A stretch of 64,000 nucleotides of DNA from Bacteroidales bacterium. GTDB taxonomy: Bacteria; Bacteroidota; Bacteroidia; Bacteroidales; VadinHA17. The stretch covers positions 7,561 through 71,560 of the forward strand of contig JALONV010000009.1 of the NCBI GenBank assembly GCA_025454755.1, given 5' to 3'. This document shows positions 57,465-64,000 of the stretch, in pieces. Positions within the stretch are counted from its first letter, which is position 1. Every line of letters begins with the position of its first letter. The notes below the pieces were generated by a model. It did not search any database, was not told where the DNA came from, and worked only from the letters and a program-made list of their open reading frames with translations. The position numbers and the translations under genes were made by a program.

Positions 57465-58646
57465 TTACTTCTTTCTTATCTGTATTACAGCGTTTTCTAT
57501 CTGTTCCATTGCCCTTGATATTGTGGCACGTGGTGCTCCAAGGTTCATCCTCATGAAGCCTTCTCCTCCGGGACCGAATGCTGAACCTTCATTCAATCCT
57601 ACACCTGCCCTGTGAACAAAAAAATCCTGCAATTCTTTTCCTGTCATTCCGAGTTTCCTGCAGTCAAGCCATATCATATAAGTTGCTTCCGGTTTCACGG
57701 GAATTATTTCAGGAATATGATCATTGCAGTATTTCTGAACATATTCCACATTTCCCTTTAAATATTCCATAAGTTCATCGACCCATTCATGACCAGAGGT
57801 ATAGGCAGCCGTTGATGCGGCGTTGCCGAATATGTTCCCGTTACCAACGTGCAGGTCGTCTATCTTCTTGTTGAAATATTTTCTCAGCACCGGATTGGGA
57901 ATGATGACTGAAGATGTTGAAAGTCCTGCAAGATTGAATGTTTTGCTTGGTGCAATGCAGGTAACGGTGATGTCGGCTATTTCTTCAGATATACCGGCTA
58001 TGGGGATATGTTTAAAGCCCGGGAGGATAAGATCGCAGTGGATCTCATCGGAAAGTATCAGTATTTTATTCTTCAGGCATATTTCAGACAGGCTATTTAA
58101 TTCTTCAGATGTCCATGCCCGGCCCACAGGATTATGAGGATTCGAAATGATGATCATTTTTGTGTTTTCAGAGACCGACGTCCTGAGGGATTCGAAGTCC
58201 ATAGTCCAGGTGCCCTCTTTTTCAATGAGTGGATTAAAAACAATAGTGCGGCCATGGTTTTCTATTGCAGAGAAAAATGGAGTATATACCGGCGGTTGAA
58301 CTATAACCGAATCACCCGGGCGGGTAAAAGAAAGCGTACACAGGTTAAGCGCCGGGACAATCCCCGGGCAGAAGCTTATCCATCCTTTTTCGACCTGCCA
58401 TTTGTGCCTGACCGACAGCCATTTAACTATTGAATTGAAATAGTCTGATGCACGGAATGAGTAACCATATAATTCATGTTCTGCGCATTCACGGATCTTG
58501 CTGACAATGAACTCAGGTGTCTTGAAATCCATATCTGCCACCCACATAGGAATGACATCTCTTCTGCCAAATGTCTCCTCTCTAAGGTCATATTTGATAC
58601 AGTCTGTGCCTTCTCGTTGAGCAGCTTCATCAAAATTCCATCTCAT
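57465..58646 (-). CDS. PatB/MalY-family PLP-dependent C-S lyase
   Basis: PMWVADMDF, NPHNPVGR, SDEIH, APSKTFNLAGL, EATYMIWLD; start estimated at 58646. Confidence 0.9.
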   Translation of the reverse strand: MRWNFDEAAQREGTDCIKYDLREETFGRRDVIPMWVADMDFKTPEFIVSKIRECAEHELYGYSFRASDYFNSIVKWLSVRHKWQVEKGWISFCPGIVPALNLCTLSFTRPGDSVIVQPPVYTPFFSAIENHGRTIVFNPLIEKEGTWTMDFESLRTSVSENTKMIIISNPHNPVGRAWTSEELNSLSEICLKNKILILSDEIHCDLILPGFKHIPIAGISEEIADITVTCIAPSKTFNLAGLSTSSVIIPNPVLRKYFNKKIDDLHVGNGNIFGNAASTAAYTSGHEWVDELMEYLKGNVEYVQKYCNDHIPEIIPVKPEATYMIWLDCRKLGMTGKELQDFFVHRAGVGLNEGSAFGPGGEGFMRMNLGAPRATISRAMEQIENAVIQIRKK

Positions 58647-58776
58647 GGAAATTGGGATCATTTCAGGGGCTCAAAGATAAGAAGAAGTATTTTGGATGCT
58701 ACCGCCCTATTTTCAATATATTTTATTATTTTTATCCGCAGTTTTGATAATTGATTATAATTTAAAAAGAGCGGGT

Positions 58777-59598
58777 ATGAAAAAGGCAGTTGCATTATTG
58801 ATAATTCCAACACTCCTGATTGGTTTTTCCGGATTAACCGGGTGCAAAAATAAATCAGAAAAGAAAGAACAGAAGAAAGTTGAACTTGAACAGGTTGGTA
58901 CCATAGAGGAAAAGATCGAAGAGAATGTATACCCTCTGCCTACTTCAGCGGAAGTCATTAAAATGCTTACAGAACTTGAAGTCGGGTATCAGTTTGGAAT
59001 TTCAAATTCTGTTGAAAATGTAACCAAGTACATCAGCAGCAGTTCAAGAGCGATAAATATGGGAGTTTTCGGAGCTGATTTAAGTTATTGTACAATATAT
59101 AATATTAATCAGGAAGTGATTAATTATCTTAATGCAATCAGGACTCTGGCCAATGAGCTTAACATGTCGAAGATCTATGATGAAACGCTTTATGAGAAGA
59201 TCAAGGCCAACTTCGACAATAAGGATGAGCTTGTCAAAGTACTGACAGATGCTTTCAACCAGACATATAACTACCTTGCAGAAAATGAACAGCAGAATCT
59301 CGCATTACTTGTAGTAGGCGGAGCCTGGGTCGAAGGGATGTACCTTACATGCAATGTATCAGAAGCAGCTTACCAGGTGGCAGGAATCTCAAAAAACCTT
59401 CTTGAGCAGAAGAAATCTTTTGAACTGTACCTGGAATTAACAAAGCCATATGAAACTGATCCCAATGTTGCTGAATTTGTCAAAAAGCTTGATCCTGTTA
59501 AGAAAGTCTATGAAGGATTGGGAACAAGCCTGACAATGAATAATATAATGGATATCACGAAAGCCATTAATGAAGTTAGAACACAGATAGTACAGTAA
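58777..59598 (+). CDS. Hypothetical helical lipoprotein
   Basis: MKKA...LTGC lipobox; AINMGVFGADLSY, GGAWVEGMY; start moved to ATG 58777. Confidence 0.8.
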   Translation: MKKAVALLIIPTLLIGFSGLTGCKNKSEKKEQKKVELEQVGTIEEKIEENVYPLPTSAEVIKMLTELEVGYQFGISNSVENVTKYISSSSRAINMGVFGADLSYCTIYNINQEVINYLNAIRTLANELNMSKIYDETLYEKIKANFDNKDELVKVLTDAFNQTYNYLAENEQQNLALLVVGGAWVEGMYLTCNVSEAAYQVAGISKNLLEQKKSFELYLELTKPYETDPNVAEFVKKLDPVKKVYEGLGTSLTMNNIMDITKAINEVRTQIVQ

Positions 59599-59615
59599 TT
59601 TAAATAAGCATACAT

Positions 59616-59749
59616 GAGGGTGTCTCAAAAGCCTGATTCTTGCCCCCTGTCCCGCCTAAGCGGGATTCTTTAAATATCAGAGAATCAGGATGTTCCGCCT
59701 TGCGGAATTTAGGGGCAATAAAAAAGAGAGGGGCTTTTGAGACAGCCTC
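59616..59749. mobile_element. 134-bp MITE-like element with 18-bp terminal inverted repeats
   Basis: GAGGGTGTCTCAAAAGCC and GGCTTTTGAGACAGCCTC (17/18 match); several internal hairpins. Confidence 0.75.
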
Positions 59750-59769
59750 TTTTTTTATAAGTTGTTGAT

Positions 59770-62700
59770 ATGAGGGAATCAGTTTTATTAGCGCTGATCC
59801 ATATTTTCGCAATTGTATCTACCGTAAATCCTGCTGGTATTACATCGCGCGGACGAAAAATACTTCGCAGCTATCTCAGACGGTATCTCAACAGAGAGCT
59901 TGAGGAAGAATACTATGCTCTTTTTGAGAACAACCTTGAGTTCTATTCAAATGAACTCAAAAGAGTCGATCGTGCGGAACTGGCCGATGAAGATTCCCTG
60001 ATCTCCTTCCAGATCACAAATATATGCAGGCAGATAAAGAAAGGCCTGTTTATCGATGAGCGGATGCTGGTGTTTCTCCAGCTGATGGAGTTTGCCTTTG
60101 AGGATGGAATGATCTCCGAGCAGGAAAAAACAATTGTCGACATTGTCGCCAGGACATTCAGTATCGCAAAAAAGGAATATGATAATGCCTACGCATTCAT
60201 GATCGACAGGGCATTTGACCATATATCGCCCGATTGCGTCCTGATAATCGAGAGTGATGAACCGGATTCATCAGGAGCAGCAGCTTATAAAAATTATGAA
60301 CACTGGAGGCATATCCGGATAAAAGGATTCAAAGGACAGCTTATGGTGCTTCATATCGAAAGCACCGCTACACTGCTTCTGACCTATGACGGTCCGCTTG
60401 CACTTTATTTCAAGGGAAGGGATTTAATCGCATGCCGGCCTTACCTGCTTGAACGTGGCGTTAATATTAAAGGGATAGGCATCGAGCCTATCTATTATTC
60501 GAAAATCTATAAAAAATTTGTCTCAAGGAATTTCCCCGAGAAGGTGGTCTTTGAAGGGCACGATATAGAATACATGTTCAGGAATTCCGATAACGGAGTC
60601 AGAAAAATGAACTTCAGGGTAGAATCAGGTAACATGATTGGAATTATGGGCGGCAGCGGCGTAGGTAAAACTACAATGCTGAACCTTCTCCATGGCAAGA
60701 TAAAGCCCACTACCGGGAACCTGTATATTAACGGATACGATATTAATTCAAATGCCGGAGAGATAAAAGGCCTCATAGGGTATGTGCCTCAGGATGATAT
60801 GCTGATTGAAGAGCTTACCGTTTACCAGAATCTTTATTTCAATGCACGTCTCTGTTTTGGTGAATATACAGAGGAACAACTTAACAATACTGTCGATAAA
60901 GTCCTTGCAGATCTTGACCTTTTTGACATAAAGGATCTGCAGGTCGGGGACATTATGAATAAAAAAGTAAGCGGAGGCCAGCGCAAGAGGCTGAATATTG
61001 GCCTTGAGCTTATGAGAGAACCGGTAGTGCTATTCATAGACGAACCCACCTCAGGGCTGTCATCATTTGATTCCGAGAAGGTTATGGTATTGCTGAAAAA
61101 TCAGGCTCTCAGCGGAAAGCTTGTATTTGCAAATATTCACCAGCCCTCTTCGGATATACTTAAGATGTTCGACAAGCTCTGGATTCTCGACAAGGGAGGC
61201 TATATGATCTATGATGGCGATCCCGTAGAAGCACTTGTGTATTTCAAGACAGAAACATCACAGGCCAATGCAGCTGAAAGTGAATGCCCTAACTGCGGTA
61301 ACATTGAGACGGAAAATATACTCCATATTGTTGAGGTCAAGGTGATTGACAACGAAGGATTGCCAGGGAAGGAGAGACAGGTTAGCCCCAGGGAGTGGTA
61401 CGATAAGTATAAGAAAAAAATGATGCCTGCATCTTTGCCCTCACCCGGGGAATTACCCGTATCTCAAAGCAATTTTAAAGTTCCCGATAAATCAGGCCAG
61501 ATAAGGACATTCATTAAGCGAAACCTCACACGGAAGCTGGCCGACAAGCAATATATGGTAATAAATTTGCTTGAAGCGCCTCTCCTGGCTCTGATCCTGG
61601 GATATATCTCAAAGTACAGCGAAGACGGGAAATACCTCTTCTCAACAAATATTAACTATCCGGTTTTTCTGTTCATGTCGATAATTGTGGCACTTTTCAT
61701 AGGACTTACGGTGAGCGCTGAAGAGATATACAGGGACAGGAAAATCCTTGAGAGAGAGAAGTTTTTGAGTCTGAGCCGTTTAAGTTACCTGCTTTCCAAG
61801 ATAAATTTCCTGTTTGCATTATCGGCTATACAAACATTATCATTCGTAATCGTAGCCAGCCTGATACTGGAGGTGCGGGGAATGCTCTTTCAGCAATGGC
61901 TTATTCTTTTTTCGGTAGCCTGCTTTGGCAATATACTTGGATTGAATATATCTGCAGGTATGCGTTCTGCAGTCAGCATATATATACTTATTCCATTACT
62001 GCTGGTTCCTCAGCTGATCCTTGGAGGTGCCATGATCAAGTTTGATGACCTGCACAAGTCATTTACAAGGAAAATATATGTTCCGGTTATAGGAGATATT
62101 ATGGCAACGCGCTGGGCATATGAAGCTCTGAGTGTGGAACAGTTCAGAGCCAATGGTTTTGAGAAACCATTTTTCATGTACGACATGAAACTCTCCCAGG
62201 CTGAGTGGAACTACTCTTTTCTTATTCCGACACTTAAGGTTAAGGTTGATGAATGTTTAGCTGCGGGGAAAGAACCTGAATACAGGGAATTTTCGGAAAA
62301 CAACTTCGTAAAACTGAATTATCATTTAAAGGACCTTTCCGAAAAGACAGGAATTAAAACCGGGCCATGGATGAAGGAACTTAATTATTCCAGCTTCAGT
62401 GATGTGACGGGAGATAATGCAAAGACATATCTCGACAGTGTGAGAACATGGCTAAGAAAGGAGACAAGGATATGGACCGCACGGCGCGATTCAGTTTATG
62501 AAGTAAAAACCTCTCAGACAGGGGAAGGTAAATTTCTGCGGCTCCGGGAGAGCGATTATAATGACCGCCTGGCAGATTATGTTCTTAATCGTTTGGCTAC
62601 AAGCAAGATATACGAGTCTAACAGAAGGCTTATACAAAAAGCCGATCCGATATTTATGCCCCCGGGATCAAAATACGGAAGAGCACATTTTTATGCACCC

Positions 62701-62883
62701 TATAAGCTCCTGGGGAATCTAAAAATAGGCACTCTTATCTTCAATGCGACAATTATATGGCTTATGACCATGGGACTTTTCGTAACGTTATATTATAATG
62801 TTCTGAAACGTTTCATCATCTGGCTCGGGAAGTTCAAGCTGCCCATCTGGAGAAAATTCGGCAGAGAGCTCCTTCAGATTTAG
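59770..62883 (+). CDS. ABCG/White-like fused ABC transporter (N-terminal TerB-like domain, ATPase, ABC-2 permease)
   Basis: GGSGVGKTT, GYVPQDD, VSGGQRKR, DEPTSGL, IHQPSSD, six C-terminal TM helices; ATPase precedes permease. Confidence 0.88.
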   Translation: MRESVLLALIHIFAIVSTVNPAGITSRGRKILRSYLRRYLNRELEEEYYALFENNLEFYSNELKRVDRAELADEDSLISFQITNICRQIKKGLFIDERMLVFLQLMEFAFEDGMISEQEKTIVDIVARTFSIAKKEYDNAYAFMIDRAFDHISPDCVLIIESDEPDSSGAAAYKNYEHWRHIRIKGFKGQLMVLHIESTATLLLTYDGPLALYFKGRDLIACRPYLLERGVNIKGIGIEPIYYSKIYKKFVSRNFPEKVVFEGHDIEYMFRNSDNGVRKMNFRVESGNMIGIMGGSGVGKTTMLNLLHGKIKPTTGNLYINGYDINSNAGEIKGLIGYVPQDDMLIEELTVYQNLYFNARLCFGEYTEEQLNNTVDKVLADLDLFDIKDLQVGDIMNKKVSGGQRKRLNIGLELMREPVVLFIDEPTSGLSSFDSEKVMVLLKNQALSGKLVFANIHQPSSDILKMFDKLWILDKGGYMIYDGDPVEALVYFKTETSQANAAESECPNCGNIETENILHIVEVKVIDNEGLPGKERQVSPREWYDKYKKKMMPASLPSPGELPVSQSNFKVPDKSGQIRTFIKRNLTRKLADKQYMVINLLEAPLLALILGYISKYSEDGKYLFSTNINYPVFLFMSIIVALFIGLTVSAEEIYRDRKILEREKFLSLSRLSYLLSKINFLFALSAIQTLSFVIVASLILEVRGMLFQQWLILFSVACFGNILGLNISAGMRSAVSIYILIPLLLVPQLILGGAMIKFDDLHKSFTRKIYVPVIGDIMATRWAYEALSVEQFRANGFEKPFFMYDMKLSQAEWNYSFLIPTLKVKVDECLAAGKEPEYREFSENNFVKLNYHLKDLSEKTGIKTGPWMKELNYSSFSDVTGDNAKTYLDSVRTWLRKETRIWTARRDSVYEVKTSQTGEGKFLRLRESDYNDRLADYVLNRLATSKIYESNRRLIQKADPIFMPPGSKYGRAHFYAPYKLLGNLKIGTLIFNATIIWLMTMGLFVTLYYNVLKRFIIWLGKFKLPIWRKFGRELLQI

Positions 62884-62907
62884 AAAACTGAGCATAACAG
62901 AAGATCA

Positions 62908-63690
62908 ATGAGCAGAGTACAGGCAAAGAAAAATCTCGGACAACATTTTCTGAAAGACAGGAGCACAGCTTCAAGGATCGCATCCTCACTTACGGGAGAA
63001 GGATACGGATCGGTTTTAGAGATTGGCCCGGGGACCGGCATTCTTACCGGATTTCTGATTGACAGGAATTTTCACGATTTCAGGGTTATTGAAATAGATA
63101 ATGAATCGGTTCATTTCCTGAGAGAAAACTTCCCTGCGATCAAAGAAATTATCAGAGGCGATTTCCTTACAATGGACCTGGGAAGAAAATTTACCGGGAA
63201 GCTTGCAGTGATTGGCAATTTTCCGTATAACATCTCAACACAGATCCTTTTCAGGGTGCTTGAGAACAGGGATAAAGTTGTTGAGGTTTGCGGGATGTTC
63301 CAGAAAGAGGTGGCAGAAAGGATCTGTGCATCGCCGGGCAATAAGATTTATGGTATTATAAGTGTCCTCCTGCAGGCTTATTACGATACGGAATATCTGT
63401 TTACTGTGCCGGAACATGTTTTTTCGCCTCCTCCTAAAGTTAAGTCAGGAGTTATAAGGTTAAGGAGAAACAGCATAGTGGACCTCGGATGCAGTGAAGC
63501 GCTCTTTTCCAGGGTTGTAAAGGCAGGTTTTAACCAGAGAAGAAAGACTTTACGGAACTCAATAAGATCGGCATTTAACCTGAAGAGGGAAGATTACAGG
63601 GATTTTGGGTTGAGGCCCGAGCAACTATCTGTCGAACAGTTTGTTGAACTTACAAACTGGGTTGAAGAGAACCGTATTCTAAGTGAATGA
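62908..63690 (+). CDS. rsmA: 16S rRNA m6,2A dimethyltransferase
   Basis: KKNLGQHFL, EIGPGTG, GNFPYNIS, F.PPPKV.S, F.QRRKTL. Confidence 0.97.
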   Translation: MSRVQAKKNLGQHFLKDRSTASRIASSLTGEGYGSVLEIGPGTGILTGFLIDRNFHDFRVIEIDNESVHFLRENFPAIKEIIRGDFLTMDLGRKFTGKLAVIGNFPYNISTQILFRVLENRDKVVEVCGMFQKEVAERICASPGNKIYGIISVLLQAYYDTEYLFTVPEHVFSPPPKVKSGVIRLRRNSIVDLGCSEALFSRVVKAGFNQRRKTLRNSIRSAFNLKREDYRDFGLRPEQLSVEQFVELTNWVEENRILSE

Positions 63691-64000
63691 ATAACCTATG
63701 GCATCGACCGGATTCATCTTTGCAGCTGCATAGGCAGGTGCATACCCGGCGACTATCCCTATTACTCCGGAGATAACAACTGCCACAATAGTATTTCCAA
63801 ATGTCAGGTACATATTCAATTCCCAGAGATAGTTTACAAACAGGGTTGCAATGAATATCAGGAATACTCCAAGCAAACCACCGATTATTGAAAGCAACAC
63901 TGATTCAGCCAGGAACTGAAAAAGAATGAATGTGCGTTTTGCCCCAAGCGCCTTCTGAATACCTATTATATTAGTTCTTTCTCTAACTGATACGAACATT
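63679..64000 (-). CDS. ABC transporter permease (MacB/FtsX-like), 5'-truncated by the window edge
   Basis: SVRERT.IIGIQKALGA...QFLAES...PA..AAKMNPVDAI. Confidence 0.88.
   Translation of the reverse strand, partial: MFVSVRERTNIIGIQKALGAKRTFILFQFLAESVLLSIIGGLLGVFLIFIATLFVNYLWELNMYLTFGNTIVAVVISGVIGIVAGYAPAYAAAKMNPVDAIGYSFT

Overview
Chromosomal window from a Bacteroidota (Bacteroidales-like) genome, judged from gene content and TAnnTTTG-type promoters. About 80% is core metabolism: lpxH, a glycogen locus (debranching enzyme, GT4, GH57, GT3-GT35 fusion, glgB), ribF, ahcY, greA, comF, ruvC, serS, rplU-rpmA, GH97, thyA-folA, tig-clpP-clpX, tRNA-Leu(TAG), lptB, tatC, recQ, carB/argR-argG-argH/carA, an ABCG-like transporter and rsmA. 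The first ~10 kb is an accessory hotspot around comM/yifB. Five co-oriented genes each carry the same TTGACT-N17-TAAMTT promoter. Two genes sit between diverged direct repeats of a neighbouring gene end; one is an ORF6N gene inserted at the comM 5' end. A small GIY-YIG nuclease gene is bracketed by 24-bp inverted repeats, each expanded into a 25-bp tandem array whose variable part is the reverse complement of the flanking DNA. This GIY-YIG element is the best candidate for an undescribed system. Several families of REP/REPIN/MITE-like palindromes and octamer repeats fill many intergenic gaps. No CRISPR array, integrase or transposase gene was seen. All calls come from reading motifs by eye; no database searches were run.
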